Positions 19,147 to 30,979 of a DNA stretch of 64,000 nucleotides are shown one piece after another. A program made the position numbers and the translations under genes. The stretch's first letter is position 1. The number at the start of each line of letters is the position of its first letter. The DNA is taken from NCBI GenBank assembly GCA_964475625.1, contig CAYYXK010000002.1, forward strand, positions 4,422-68,421. The letters are read 5' to 3'. The notes under the pieces were generated by a model, which made no database searches, was not told the DNA's origin, and worked only from the letters and a program-made list of their open reading frames with translations. This DNA comes from an uncultured Thermoplasmata archaeon. GTDB taxonomy: Archaea > Thermoplasmatota > Thermoplasmata > WALJ01.

Positions 19147-21263
19147 TTTCTTTTATTTTTTCTTTTTATTTTAACGGTTACCGGAAGCATGTCCTTTTTC
19201 CATGCGGCATATACGCTAGCCAATAGAATAAGAAATGCCACCAGAGGAAGAGCATAAGCAGGTATGTTCGACGGAGGCTCGGATTCTATGGCGAATTCAT
19301 AACTGTGAGTTTCCGGCATTTCATTGCCGTACATATCCGAAACCCCTTTTGCAACGACAATATTATATGTGGTCCCGCGAGACATATCTTTATCGGGCAC
19401 CAATTGAACTGTTGAGCCGTTCAGCCATTTGAAAGAACAGTCCATTCCCACGAGTACTATGGAATTCTCAGCACTTTTCGTATCTACGGCTTCGCTGAAC
19501 ACGATGATCAGAGGGCTGTCCGGTTTAATGATTCCATGAGGGGCAATTATTATCCTGGGTGGGATGGTATCGATTATCTGAAGGGTGAACTCCCTGCTTT
19601 TCGCTTCATTTCCGTATGTGTCATTTGCCCATACATAATAAAGCATTGAACCCACATCTTTCTGAGGAGGTATCTCCGCCTGAAAATATTCGCCTGACTG
19701 CACCATTCTGACCTTTTCCAGAAAACCGAAAACAGACTGGTAATAGAGGTATACGGTGGAAAGATGGTCATCCGATACAAGTGCCTGAATGGTAACCGGT
19801 TTAAGCCTTTCCGCAGTTGTCTTGGCATTTGCCATATATATCGTAGGTGGGGCGCTATCACCCACTTTCACGACATATGTTTCAGAAACCCCTCTGTTGC
19901 CCATGCTGTCCTGTGCCCAGATATGCAGGCTTATGTTGCCCTCCGTATTCTGTGGCGGGATGCTGGCGTGATATCGAGGATATCCGTTGAGGTCGCTGCC
20001 TATCTGGCTCATAACGAGTTCATTGGACGCTCCATCCACATCGACATACTGCAGGGCCACGATTGACAGAGGGTCATCGTCCACGACATCAACATAGACA
20101 TCTATCGGAGAGTATATGCTCTTGGAATCTATAAGTGCGTTTTCGAAGCTCGGAGTCATATCGGGAAATCTGGAGAAACATGCCGAATAACCGGTATCGA
20201 GTGCCTGTATCCATACGACGGAGACGAAATCTCCAGAATTTTCTATCGAAGCGCCCTTGTTATTCCCCTCCCCGCTTATCTCAAGGTCTCCGAGAATATG
20301 ATATCCGTCGGAATTCATTTCCATATAGAATATTGCATACTTTCCGAGTCTGTTGTCTTGCCATACCAGATGTATTATGCCGTCGTCAGAGATTATCGCA
20401 TCCGGATTGTATGCCGAACCCGAAGTGTATGTTATCGTCGAGGGAGAGCTCCAGTCAATCCCGTCATTGTCACTCCAAGAGATCATAAGTTGATATGAAG
20501 CGTCTTTTCTGCCGGACCATACGACGTATATTCTGTTTTCGTACGCTCCCGCCCATACCTTTCCGAGAGAGATTCCGCTGTATATCACCGTATTGTTCCA
20601 GTTCAGACCGAAGTCACTGCTGCTGTAGTCGCGTAAAGATCCTCCGTAAAAAGATAGGATATGCATCGTATTCCCATTAAAAAGAAGTGTGCTGTTTCTT
20701 GCAGGAACATCAACGGAGATCATGTAGTTCCAGTTCTTTCCTCCGTCATCGCTTCGGTAAAGATACGATGTTTCGGCATCTTGCGCACCGAGTATCCAAA
20801 TTTCATCACCTATCACAGCCGATGGAATTTTGTAATTCGCGTCCCCGCTCCCTACCTGAACGGTTGTCCAGACAGAGCCGTCGGATGTGCTGGCGGCATA
20901 TATGACGGAGAATCCGATTCCACGATTAACCCAGAAAAAGACCATGTAATTTTCGGTGGTTGTGACAGAGATGACGTAAGATGTCCCGGAATATTCGGCA
21001 AAAACAGAAGATTCCGACCATATGATACCGCCGTCGCCACTGGAACTCATCATCGGTTTTCCGGATTCGTCGACCCAGAATGCATACAGTTTTCCTTTGA
21101 ACTGCGTTATCGCGGGAAAGGTATCGGGAGCGGAGCCGGAGGAGAGAGTGACCGGTGTTGACCATGTGTTCGTTTGTCCCTGCACCTCCATGGAGTATAA
21201 GGCGAGACCAAGAATAAAGATGAGCGCAATCACCACAGCCAAAACACGGCCTGTCTTTGACAC
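19143..21263 (-). CDS. Surface-anchored BNR/Asp-box repeat (sialidase-like beta-propeller) protein with Ig-like domains and a C-terminal TM anchor
   Basis: Signal peptide; repeated S-x-D-x-G-x-(T/N)-W motifs (SGDGGIIWS, SDDGGKNWN, SSDFGLNWN, SDNDGIDWS); C-terminal TM plus KIKRKNKRN. Confidence 0.65.
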   Translation of the reverse strand: MSKTGRVLAVVIALIFILGLALYSMEVQGQTNTWSTPVTLSSGSAPDTFPAITQFKGKLYAFWVDESGKPMMSSSGDGGIIWSESSVFAEYSGTSYVISVTTTENYMVFFWVNRGIGFSVIYAASTSDGSVWTTVQVGSGDANYKIPSAVIGDEIWILGAQDAETSYLYRSDDGGKNWNYMISVDVPARNSTLLFNGNTMHILSFYGGSLRDYSSSDFGLNWNNTVIYSGISLGKVWAGAYENRIYVVWSGRKDASYQLMISWSDNDGIDWSSPSTITYTSGSAYNPDAIISDDGIIHLVWQDNRLGKYAIFYMEMNSDGYHILGDLEISGEGNNKGASIENSGDFVSVVWIQALDTGYSACFSRFPDMTPSFENALIDSKSIYSPIDVYVDVVDDDPLSIVALQYVDVDGASNELVMSQIGSDLNGYPRYHASIPPQNTEGNISLHIWAQDSMGNRGVSETYVVKVGDSAPPTIYMANAKTTAERLKPVTIQALVSDDHLSTVYLYYQSVFGFLEKVRMVQSGEYFQAEIPPQKDVGSMLYYVWANDTYGNEAKSREFTLQIIDTIPPRIIIAPHGIIKPDSPLIIVFSEAVDTKSAENSIVLVGMDCSFKWLNGSTVQLVPDKDMSRGTTYNIVVAKGVSDMYGNEMPETHSYEFAIESEPPSNIPAYALPLVAFLILLASVYAAWKKDMLPVTVKIKRKNKRN

Positions 21264-21315
21264 GCCCTCTTTAACAATAGTGCACTATATATGCTTTGCC
21301 GGAGCATGTCCTTAT

Positions 21316-21960
21316 TCAGATTCCCACCGATTCAAGTGCCATATATGCGATTATAACGAGCGCAACCATCGAAATATAAGGTATTATGCCCCATTTCAGG
21401 ACTTTGGAACCGTCCAGCGGAGGAAAGGGGATAAGATTGAATCCGGCAAGGAAGATATTTATCCAAGCTATAAATAATGCAATCCCACCGATAAAAGGAG
21501 ATGTGAAAAGGGCCACGCCAATCATTATGAACGCTATCGCCACATTTACCGCAGGCCCGGCAGCACTTATCTTTCCGTTCTGTTCCCTCGTTATCATCCC
21601 GGATATGTAAACCGCACCGGGTGCGGCGAAGACAAAGCCCAGAAACGCGGTTATTACGGCAAATATGAGCCCTCTTTCCCACATGCGGAACTCGGACCAG
21701 CATCCGTATTTTCTTGCCAATATACGATGCCCCATCTCGTGAAGAAAAAATGCGGTGAAAACGGAAAGAAATGCTACGGGAAGAGTGTATCTTATGAAAA
21801 ACAAAGGGTCAGAATAAACGCCCTGTAGCCCGTTGGAGAATGCTATGGCAAAAGCGAATGTCAGCACCGTTATGGAGATGAGTATGTCCGTTGCCTCTTT
21901 CCTACCGAATGAGAACAGTCCTTTTCGAGCATACAGGTATTCATTCTGCCGTGGCCACAT
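21316..21960 (-). CDS. M50-family (site-2 protease-like) membrane metalloprotease
   Basis: HEMGH zinc motif in a TM segment and a LIPFPPLDG (LDG) motif. Confidence 0.75.
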   Translation of the reverse strand: MWPRQNEYLYARKGLFSFGRKEATDILISITVLTFAFAIAFSNGLQGVYSDPLFFIRYTLPVAFLSVFTAFFLHEMGHRILARKYGCWSEFRMWERGLIFAVITAFLGFVFAAPGAVYISGMITREQNGKISAAGPAVNVAIAFIMIGVALFTSPFIGGIALFIAWINIFLAGFNLIPFPPLDGSKVLKWGIIPYISMVALVIIAYMALESVGI

Positions 21961-21965
21961 GATAC

Positions 21966-22574
21966 TTACTCCGGAATGCTCCCGAACATCCTTCCGTAAA
22001 CCTCTTTGTATCCTGCCAGAACATCGCCTTTATCGAAGCGGTAATTGTCCTTGTCCAGTGATTTTTTGGTTTTCATATCCCATAACCTGCACGAATCGGG
22101 GGATATTTCGTCCGCCACCACTAGGTTTCCGGCGGAATCCCTTCCTATTTCTATTTTGAAGTCCGGAAGCAGTATGCCCATGGATTCAAAGTAATCTTTA
22201 AGCACGGAGTTTACGCGCAGGGCAATATTTTTCATCTCAGCGAGTTCCCTTTCATCCGCAAGGCCCATGGCGAGTATCATGTCATCGTTCATAAGCGGGT
22301 CGTGATAGGCATCGTCCTTATAGTCCAGCATAACAATCGGCCTCTCGAATACGGTCCCCTCCTTGAAAGGATAGTTTCTTGTTATGGAACCGGTGGCTAT
22401 GTTGCGGACTATAACCTCCAGAGGTACGATGCCCACCTTTTTCACCAACATTTTGTTCGGTTCCAGCATCTTCACGAAATGTGTCGGTATACCTTTCTCT
22501 TCAAGAAGCTCGAAGAGTTTCGCGGATATCTGGGCATTGTAGTAGCCTTTGCCCCCCACTATGTCGTGCTTCAC
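21966..22574 (-). CDS. purC: Phosphoribosylaminoimidazole-succinocarboxamide synthase (SAICAR synthetase); the coordinates start at the first available start codon (GTG), but the conserved N-terminus continues about 44 codons upstream to 22706 with no ATG/GTG/TTG
   Basis: In-frame upstream translation ...NGDYLKEIASGKAKTIYEYDGEHYLIEFRDDITAFDSVKHDIVGGKG matches the PurC N-terminal LYEGKAK block. Confidence 0.75.
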   Translation of the reverse strand: MKHDIVGGKGYYNAQISAKLFELLEEKGIPTHFVKMLEPNKMLVKKVGIVPLEVIVRNIATGSITRNYPFKEGTVFERPIVMLDYKDDAYHDPLMNDDMILAMGLADERELAEMKNIALRVNSVLKDYFESMGILLPDFKIEIGRDSAGNLVVADEISPDSCRLWDMKTKKSLDKDNYRFDKGDVLAGYKEVYGRMFGSIPE

Positions 22575-22752
22575 CGAATCGAAAGCGGTTATGTCATCCC
22601 TGAACTCTATCAGGTAATGTTCTCCGTCATACTCGTATATCGTCTTCGCTTTTCCACTGGCTATCTCTTTCAGATAATCACCGTTCCGGAGATTCTCTTT
22701 ACATAATTAAGCATATCGGGCAAGATTGAAAAAATAGAAAGAAAGGGGGTGT

Positions 22753-23025
22753 TTATGGTTTTTTGAGGGCTATCTCGATGGAAGAAACATTGGCTGCTCT
22801 TCCCTCTTCTTCCACGGATTCTGTAGCAATCCTTATGTCCGCGACCTCGGCCTCCGGAACGAATCTGTTTCGGACAATCTCGGCCACATCCACTGCCCTG
22901 CTTATGGCTCTGCCTCTTGCCTTCACGACAACCTCGTTTGACCCACTGTTAAACTGGGTTACCACCGCCAGAACATAGTTCATGGCTGGTTTGCGTCCTA
23001 CGAACACTGTATTTTCGTCTGTCAT
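22753..23025 (-). CDS. albA: DNA/RNA-binding protein Alba
   Basis: 90 aa; [22 protein letters not shown]...[22 protein letters not shown] is canonical Alba. Confidence 0.85.
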   Translation of the reverse strand: MTDENTVFVGRKPAMNYVLAVVTQFNSGSNEVVVKARGRAISRAVDVAEIVRNRFVPEAEVADIRIATESVEEEGRAANVSSIEIALKKP

Positions 23026-23180
23026 TGGTTTTACCTCCTTTGTTTTTGGGAAATCTGATTAGGAGAATACTCTATAAAAGTTTTTCGCATAAGCCCGCCA
23101 TATCATGCGCCTTTCCGACACTTTCTGGAAAACTTTATATAGTCACTAAAAGGAAGAGTATCGACCGCAGGTGATCTGCC

Positions 23181-23612
23181 ATGGATGCTAAAAATAAGAA
23201 TCGGACGCTTACTGTTGATGTGCTCAGAAAGGTCATCAAAGATGCCATAGGGGAGCACGGTATGGAAGAGTATGAGGCAGAGGCCATGGCCCGCCATGTG
23301 ATGAACCTTTTCGGATTTAACAACCGGATTCTGGACAATATGCTTGAACCTCAGGACAGGGATGTTTTTTACATGCTTGAGGACGAGGAGATTCTTACAA
23401 CGGAGCGCGAGGAAACCACACTTTACGATGGAAGGGAGTGGAGGATACACTACTGGATATTCCGCAGAGAGAAGATAAGCGAGATACTCGGCGGGAAAAA
23501 GAAAGAGATCCCGGTTTCCGATGATTTCTCTTCGGTGGATGAAGAGGCCAGCATATATGATGAGATTCCGGACGATATATGGTCCCGCAGAGGCGATGAA
23601 GAGGAAGAATAA
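23181..23612 (+). CDS. Acidic 143-aa hypothetical protein immediately upstream of, and stop/start-adjacent to, fibrillarin (the usual position of Nop5)
   Basis: Clean coding frame, acidic C-terminal tail (SRRGDEEEE); TAA followed directly by the flpA ATG; TATA-like TTTATATAG about 40 bp upstream. Confidence 0.5.
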   Translation: MDAKNKNRTLTVDVLRKVIKDAIGEHGMEEYEAEAMARHVMNLFGFNNRILDNMLEPQDRDVFYMLEDEEILTTEREETTLYDGREWRIHYWIFRREKISEILGGKKKEIPVSDDFSSVDEEASIYDEIPDDIWSRRGDEEEE

Positions 23613-24260
23613 ATGGGACTTCGCGAGAGATATCCGGGTGTTTTTCACGACGGAAGGCGTTATTATACCCCAAACTCGGTTCCGGGAGAACAGGTCTACG
23701 GAGAGCGTCTGCTACGAGAAGACGGTAAGGAATACAGACATTGGGACCCCAGAAGAAGCAAAATGGCAGCTGCGCTCCACTCCGGCATGGACTCCATGCC
23801 CATAAGGAAAAGGGACAGGGTGCTTTATCTCGGAGCCGCAAGCGGAACAACCGTAAGTCACATAGGCGAGGTCACGAAGAGGGATGTCTATGCCGTGGAA
23901 TTCGCCCCGCGCTCCTTCAGGGACCTTCTTCATGTGGCTGAAAAAAGAAGGAATCTGATGCCCGTACTTGCAAACGCAAGAATGCCGCAGGAATATGCAT
24001 CCATAGTCCCTGAGGTCAGTGTTGTCTATCAGGACATAGCCCAGAGGGATCAGGTCGGTATATTGGTCAAGAACATGGCTTTTTTCAACGCGAAACGCGG
24101 AATATTGATGGTAAAGGCCCGCAGTATAGATGTTGCGGAGAAGCCGAAGAACGTCTTTCAAAAGGTGGCGGACGAGTTATCGGAATACACGAACATAGAA
24201 GAGGCGGTAGACCTCAGCAATTATGAGAAGGACCACATGGCATTCATAGTAAGGGCATGA
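23613..24260 (+). CDS. flpA: Fibrillarin-like rRNA/tRNA 2'-O-methyltransferase
   Basis: RHWDPRRSKMAAAL...VLYLGAASGTTVSHIGEV...VYAVEFAPRSFRDL matches archaeal fibrillarin. Confidence 0.85.
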   Translation: MGLRERYPGVFHDGRRYYTPNSVPGEQVYGERLLREDGKEYRHWDPRRSKMAAALHSGMDSMPIRKRDRVLYLGAASGTTVSHIGEVTKRDVYAVEFAPRSFRDLLHVAEKRRNLMPVLANARMPQEYASIVPEVSVVYQDIAQRDQVGILVKNMAFFNAKRGILMVKARSIDVAEKPKNVFQKVADELSEYTNIEEAVDLSNYEKDHMAFIVRA

Positions 24261-25557
24261 GCTTCAGCGGCATCGCAAGGTGTCTTCTGGCACACACGGG
24301 AACCTCATACCATTTTTCTTCGATGTCCCTTTTGATAGTGGCCGTTTCCTCCCTACCTCTCACCTTTGTTCCACAGTCTCTGCACCGGTAGTATCCGCCT
24401 CTCCCCGTCGATTTCATCCTTTTACCGCATTTCGGGCATTTCGGGTTATGCAGTTTTACGATGTTCTTCTCCAGCTTTATGATGCGCATCTTCTCAAGAT
24501 TTATTGTGAAAGGTCCCTCGCGCACACCACCCCGGACTTCTACGATATCTCCGGGAATCAGAGATCGTACGATATTCCTGAATTCCTTTGTCGGTTCATA
24601 TGCGGCACAGTCTATGCTCCCCGTCCCGTCGGATATGCCGAATATCACATGTCCGCCGTCGATAGTATGAGGTCTCTCCATGACTTTTCCACGAACCGCA
24701 ACCGATTCGTAGCCCTTTATCTCGGATATTTTTCTTTTCACGATGTTGTCATCCGTGCCCTGATTGCTCATGAATATCATCCAGCGCTCCGCTCCTTCTC
24801 CTCTGACTGTACGGCGGGCCCTTTCCAAGACATCCGGCGAAACAGACCTTATTCCGTAAAGTATGGGACAAGGTGTATGAGGGGTTATCGCCATGTATCC
24901 GTTTCCGTAATCATAGTTGTCAAAAGTCTCCGGAAATTCATGATCCATGTCCATAACGCTTTTTTCATCTATTTTTCTCGGACTGCCCCATCTTTTTCTG
25001 TCCCGGTATGCTATGAGCTCATATGTTCTTTTTTTAGGCCTCCATGCTAGGGCCGCGGCTGAGCCTATAAGACCTCTTTTATTTTTGAAGCCCCCGTATA
25101 TCGCTCCGGATTTTTCCAGTTCAAGAACAGCATCTTCCAGATTAACCGGTCTTCTAACGGCTTTCCAGTAGAATGATTCCGAGGGCTTTTTCTCTGTTAC
25201 CGCGAATCCGGGATTCGTCTTCTCATCTTCGAAGACAGCCATCTTCTCAACAAGGGATTTGACGGTGGAAAATACATCGTCTACGGAACCCGCTTCTCTT
25301 CCCTGCGAATATCCAAAGACCGACTTATTTACGATATCCCCTATCTTGAACCTTTTTCCATACCCTTTTCCTAGCCGAACATACAGGGCCGCATTCCCTC
25401 TGGTTTTCCATGGTATATTCGGGTTCAGCCTGACCAAGCGAGGATATCCCAGGACATCAAGGTCCGGAAACGAGCGTATTATCTCTGTCAGGAGAAAGGT
25501 CGTGCACATTCCTTTCACGGAATCAGTGTCGTCAACTGCTACATATGGCACGGCCAC
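24244..25557 (-). CDS. tiaS: tRNA(Ile2) 2-agmatinylcytidine synthetase TiaS
   Basis: N-terminus MAVPYVAVDDTDSVKGMCTTFL and C-terminal Zn-ribbon CPKCGKRMKSTGRGGYYRCRDCG; about 437 aa. Confidence 0.7.
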   Translation of the reverse strand: MAVPYVAVDDTDSVKGMCTTFLLTEIIRSFPDLDVLGYPRLVRLNPNIPWKTRGNAALYVRLGKGYGKRFKIGDIVNKSVFGYSQGREAGSVDDVFSTVKSLVEKMAVFEDEKTNPGFAVTEKKPSESFYWKAVRRPVNLEDAVLELEKSGAIYGGFKNKRGLIGSAAALAWRPKKRTYELIAYRDRKRWGSPRKIDEKSVMDMDHEFPETFDNYDYGNGYMAITPHTPCPILYGIRSVSPDVLERARRTVRGEGAERWMIFMSNQGTDDNIVKRKISEIKGYESVAVRGKVMERPHTIDGGHVIFGISDGTGSIDCAAYEPTKEFRNIVRSLIPGDIVEVRGGVREGPFTINLEKMRIIKLEKNIVKLHNPKCPKCGKRMKSTGRGGYYRCRDCGTKVRGREETATIKRDIEEKWYEVPVCARRHLAMPLKLMPLL

Positions 25558-26359
25558 ACAGCGGACATCTGATTAATAGCCTTTTGCAGAAGAGAATCCA
25601 CAGCGTCGTCGTACTTACTTACTCATTTTTGATTACTTACCAAAAAACTATTATTTATCTGCCGATGCCCGCTTATGAACAGCGTGGAAAAGGCTATTTC
25701 AGCCCTTAATAAGGGAGAGATAATCTTTGTTTATGATGCCGACAACAGGGAACGGGAGACCGATATGGTTATCGCTTCGGAATTTACGAAATCGGAGGAC
25801 ATAAGGACATTGAGAAAGGACGCTGGCGGGCTTATATGCACGACATTGCCGCCGTGGGCATGGAAGAAACTCGGAATACCGTATCTGGCGGAGATAATCG
25901 AGATCTCCGAGCAGAAATATCCATGGCTGAAGGGAATGAGGGCTAACGATTTGGCCTATGATGAGAGGAGCGCCTTTGGGCTGACGATAAACCACAGAAA
26001 CACATTCACGGGAATAACGGATAGGGACAGAGCGCTCACCGTCTCAAGGCTGGGTGAGTTCATAAAGGAAATCGAAGAAGCGGATGAAGATGAGGCGAAG
26101 AAAATGTTCGGAAAGGAGTTCCGCTCCCCGGGACACATACACCTTCTGAACGCAAGGGACGGACTTCTGGACATCCGGTCCGGGCATACCGAACTGACGA
26201 CATCTCTTTCGCTCATGGCAGGGCTGTCCGGTTCCGCAACGATCTGCGAGATGATGGGCGATGACGGAAATGCCTTATCCAAAGAGGAGGCAAGGAATTA
26301 TGCGTATGAGCACGGATATGTATATATAGAAGGAAAGGAAATCATTGAGGCGTGGAAAA

Positions 26360-27279
<920 letters not shown>

Positions 27280-27297
27280 AAAAAGGAGGAATGAGAT

Positions 27298-27702
27298 ATG
27301 GAAAAAATAAGACTTGGAATAGTGGTGAGCGAGTACAACTACGACATAACCATGATGATGCTGGAGCGCGCGAAGTCACACGCGGAATTTCTTGGAGCCG
27401 ATGTGGTGAAGGAGATGAAGGTTCCCGGAGTCTTCGAGATACCGCTGGCTGTTAAGAGCATGATAGAGGATGTGGATGCCGTGGTGGCCCTCGGATGCGT
27501 CATTGAGGGAGAGACGGACCACGACGAGATAGTGATGAACAACGCAGCCAGAAAGATTCAGGACATCATGGTTGAGACCGGAAAACCGGTGGCCCTCGGC
27601 ATATCCGGACACGGGCAGTCGAGGCTTCAGGCCGAGGCCCGTATAGAGAAGGCAAGGGAAGCCGTGGAGAGCGCGGTGAAGATGGCAAAAAGGCTCAACT
27701 GA
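27298..27702 (+). CDS. ribH: 6,7-dimethyl-8-ribityllumazine synthase
   Basis: RLGIVVSEYNYDIT...VPGVFEIP...ALGCVIEGETDH. Confidence 0.85.
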   Translation: MEKIRLGIVVSEYNYDITMMMLERAKSHAEFLGADVVKEMKVPGVFEIPLAVKSMIEDVDAVVALGCVIEGETDHDEIVMNNAARKIQDIMVETGKPVALGISGHGQSRLQAEARIEKAREAVESAVKMAKRLN

Positions 27703-27767
27703 ACATACATGGCTGCAAACCCTTTTATATCCCTCTCATTTTGTCCCCCCTTCTTCCGGTGAATCTC

Positions 27768-28718
27768 ATGAAGACAGCACTCGTTGCCCTTGGCGGAAAC
27801 GCCCTGTTGAAACCCGGCGATTCGGGTACATACGAGAACCAGATGAAGAATGCAAGGGAGAGTGCGAAACATCTCGCTAGCATGGTCGAACTCGGTTATG
27901 ATGTGGTCTTCACCCACGGAAACGGCCCGCAGGTGGGAAGCATACTGCTTCAGAACGAGATTGCGGCCAAGCAGGGAATACCCCCGATGCCGATGGATGT
28001 CTGCGTCGCGGAGTCCCAGGGGCTCATAGGATATATGATACAGCAGGCTCTCACCAACGAGCTGCACTGCAGGGGCATGTATCGGGCCGTCACATCCCTC
28101 ATCGTTCAGGTCGTCGTGGATAAGAACGACCCCGCATTCAAGAACCCGACAAAGCCCATAGGTTCTTTCTACTCAGAAGATGAAGCCAGAGCGCTCATGA
28201 AGGAAAAGGGCTGGGTCATGAAGGAGGATGAGGCCAGAGGAGGCTGGAGAAGGGTTGTCCCATCGCCGAAGCCCGCGGATGTGGTTGAAAAGGAGGCAAT
28301 AAAGCGACTGATATTCGGAAAGAGCCCGGGAGAGATAATCATCGTAGGCGGAGGCGGAGGAATACCTGTCATAGAGACCGAAGATGGCTATAAGGGCATA
28401 GATGCGGTCATAGACAAAGACAGGGCATCGGCGCTTATCGCCCGGCTCATCGGCGAGAAGTTCTTCATCATACTCACAGCGGTCGACAATGTCTATGTGG
28501 ATTTCGGCAAGCCCACTCAGAGAGCGCTGGAAAAGGTCAGTCTCGACGAGATAAGAGAATATTACGATGCCGGTCAGTTCCCTGCCGGAAGCATGGGGCC
28601 CAAGATAGAGGCTGCTATGGACTTCCTCGACAACGGTGGGGAGAAGGTGATAATCACATCTCCGGAGAATCTTGAGAATGCGCTGAAAGAAGGCACTGGC
28701 ACACACATAATACGGTGA
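27768..28718 (+). CDS. arcC: Carbamate kinase
   Basis: MKTALVALGGNALL, THGNGPQVG, IIVGGGGGIPV motifs (amino-acid kinase family); the ORF-track start at 27741 is likely too long. Confidence 0.8.
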   Translation: MKTALVALGGNALLKPGDSGTYENQMKNARESAKHLASMVELGYDVVFTHGNGPQVGSILLQNEIAAKQGIPPMPMDVCVAESQGLIGYMIQQALTNELHCRGMYRAVTSLIVQVVVDKNDPAFKNPTKPIGSFYSEDEARALMKEKGWVMKEDEARGGWRRVVPSPKPADVVEKEAIKRLIFGKSPGEIIIVGGGGGIPVIETEDGYKGIDAVIDKDRASALIARLIGEKFFIILTAVDNVYVDFGKPTQRALEKVSLDEIREYYDAGQFPAGSMGPKIEAAMDFLDNGGEKVIITSPENLENALKEGTGTHIIR

Positions 28719-28752
28719 AAACAAAAGAAAATGGAATTGGTTTTAAATGGTT

Positions 28753-30972
28753 TTACTCGGAGTAGTACGCAGCGTCGTACGGTTCCGGTTTCAGTCCCTT
28801 TCTGGTCCTTATCTCCCTGACTATTTTGTCCTGGAGTTCCCTCGGGACCCTCTCGAATCCGGAGTTCTCGGTGGACCAGAGCGCTCTTCCTCCGGTGACG
28901 CTCCTTATGGCTCCTGCGAACCCGAACATCTCTGCAACAGGTGCCTTTGCAGTTATCTTGGAGTTGGCACCGTCCTGTTCTATATCGAGTATAGTACCCC
29001 TTCTCTGCTGCATCTCACGGGTAACGGTCCCCATCAGTTCCTGCGGGACATCTATGAATACTTTCTGCATCGGTTCGAGGAGTATCCTGTTCCCATTGCA
29101 TATCGCTCCGTATATTCCATTCCTGACCGCAGGTATGACCTGTGCAGGTCCACGATGTATGGAATCTTCATGGAGTTTCGCATCCATGAGCTTTACCTTT
29201 ACGCCCATGAGTTTCTCGTTCGCCAGAGGTCCGCGGTTGACGACCTCATCGAAGGCCTGTATGCAGAGTTCCATTGTCTCATGCAGATACTGTATACCTT
29301 TCGTCATATCGAGGAAGAGATTGTATCCGCGTATGGCCTTGATTCCCTTGCCCTCTTCCTTGCTCAATCCGAGCTCTTCAAGCTTTTTGGCCAGTTCTTT
29401 GGCGTTCTTTATCTTCTCTCCGGAAGGTATATCTCCATCATGTATGGCATCGATTACGGCTTGTTCAAGGGGTTCCACAACGATATAGAACTTGTTGTGC
29501 TTGTTTGGTGATTTCCCTTCGAAGGGCCTTCCGCTGTTCCTTTCCACGGATTCTCTGTAAACAACTATGGGTGGGGACGCTTTCACTTCGACCCCGTGCT
29601 CGTTCTCTATCCTGTATATGGTTATCTCCAGATGAAGCTCCCCCATTCCGGACATAAGGTGCTCTCCGGTCTCCTGATTTATCTGGACCTGAATCGACGG
29701 GTCGGCCTTTGATACCGACCTGAGAACCTCGACCAGCTTTGGCAGGTCCTTCATGTGTTTTGCTTCAAGGGCAACGGTGACCACGGGCTCAGAGTAATGT
29801 TTCATCTCCTCGAAGGCCACCATACTGTCATCATTTGTGAGCGTCGAACCCGCTATCGCATCTTTCATTCCGACAAGGGAAACGATGTTTCCGGCCACTA
29901 TCTCATCGACCTGCACCCTGTCGGCACCCACCGAGAATGAGACCTGCTGCACCCTGTTCTTCTTGGGCATTCCGACTATTCTGAGCTCCATACCTTTCTT
30001 TATGGTACCGCTGAACAGCCTTCCGACAGCGACCTCTCCGGCATGCGGGTCTATGATTATCTTTGTGACCATCATGGCAACCGGGCCATTGGGGTCAGCC
30101 TTCATCATGGCCTTCGCTATGGAGGATTCGAGGTCTCCCTTCCATATGTTGGGTATCCTGTATTCCTGAGCCTCTATCGGGCTCGGCAGGTGTTCTATGA
30201 CCATATCCAGAAGGACTTCGTGTATCGGTGACTTCTTTGCGAGCTCCCTTATGGCGGTTCTGTCCTCCTTGCTGTTGTAATCGTATATGTCCTTGAAACT
30301 TATGCCAGTCTTTTTCATGAATGGTACAGATATGGCCCAGTTGTGGTACGCGGAACCGAATGCCACGGTCCCATCCTCTATCTTCACCTGCCAGTCCTTC
30401 TTATGCTCTTCGGGCGCGTATTTAATTATCAGCTTGTTGACGCTCGTGACCACTTTGATGAACCTCTGCTGCATCTCTTCAGGGGTAACTTTGAGCTCAT
30501 TTATCAGTCTGTCAACCTTGTTTATGAAAAGTACCGGTTTGACACGCTCTTTGAGTGCCTGCCTTATCACGGTCTCGGTCTGAGGCATTATCCCCTCAAC
30601 TCCGCATACGACCACGACCGCTCCGTCCACGGCTCTCATAGCTCTTGTGACATCCCCTCCGAAGTCAACATGTCCCGGAGTATCTATCAGGTTGATCAGA
30701 TACGTATCATTTTTGAACTCATGAACCATTGATGCGTTAGCAGCGTTGATGGTTATGCCTCTTGCCTGTTCCTGCTCGTCAAAGTCCAGAACAAGCTGCT
30801 TTCCCGCCATCTCTTCGGACATCATTCCGGCACCTGCAATCAGGTTGTCAGATAGCGTGGTCTTTCCATGGTCTATATGCGCGGCTATTCCTATGTTCCT
30901 TATCTTCTCAGGTTTTCTCATGATTTCCTGAGCTTTCTTTATATTGTCCTCTTTACGGCCCATTGTCAACAC
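28753..30972 (-). CDS. fusA: Translation elongation factor 2 (aEF-2)
   Basis: [12 protein letters not shown] GTPase motifs; 739 aa; diphthamide-site region present; downstream of rps12-rps7. Confidence 0.95.
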   Translation of the reverse strand: MLTMGRKEDNIKKAQEIMRKPEKIRNIGIAAHIDHGKTTLSDNLIAGAGMMSEEMAGKQLVLDFDEQEQARGITINAANASMVHEFKNDTYLINLIDTPGHVDFGGDVTRAMRAVDGAVVVVCGVEGIMPQTETVIRQALKERVKPVLFINKVDRLINELKVTPEEMQQRFIKVVTSVNKLIIKYAPEEHKKDWQVKIEDGTVAFGSAYHNWAISVPFMKKTGISFKDIYDYNSKEDRTAIRELAKKSPIHEVLLDMVIEHLPSPIEAQEYRIPNIWKGDLESSIAKAMMKADPNGPVAMMVTKIIIDPHAGEVAVGRLFSGTIKKGMELRIVGMPKKNRVQQVSFSVGADRVQVDEIVAGNIVSLVGMKDAIAGSTLTNDDSMVAFEEMKHYSEPVVTVALEAKHMKDLPKLVEVLRSVSKADPSIQVQINQETGEHLMSGMGELHLEITIYRIENEHGVEVKASPPIVVYRESVERNSGRPFEGKSPNKHNKFYIVVEPLEQAVIDAIHDGDIPSGEKIKNAKELAKKLEELGLSKEEGKGIKAIRGYNLFLDMTKGIQYLHETMELCIQAFDEVVNRGPLANEKLMGVKVKLMDAKLHEDSIHRGPAQVIPAVRNGIYGAICNGNRILLEPMQKVFIDVPQELMGTVTREMQQRRGTILDIEQDGANSKITAKAPVAEMFGFAGAIRSVTGGRALWSTENSGFERVPRELQDKIVREIRTRKGLKPEPYDAAYYSE

Positions 30973-30979
30973 CTTTTAT

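Noticed and set aside
19147-19178. T-rich run after the thiolase stop as an intrinsic terminator
   Set aside because: The T-richness is the antisense of the Lys-codon-rich C-terminal tail (KIKRKNKRN) of the minus-strand BNR protein gene, so it is coding sequence and not a dedicated terminator, although it may still terminate thiolase transcription
23103-23648. 181-aa minus-strand ORF overlapping the acidic 143-aa gene
   Set aside because: The plus-strand frame gives a compositionally normal protein stop/start-adjacent to flpA with an upstream TATA; the minus ORF is hydrophobic, low-complexity and has no promoter context
28747-29511. 254-aa plus-strand ORF (also 28826-29488)
   Set aside because: Lies entirely inside and antisense to the EF-2 gene, whose identity is unambiguous
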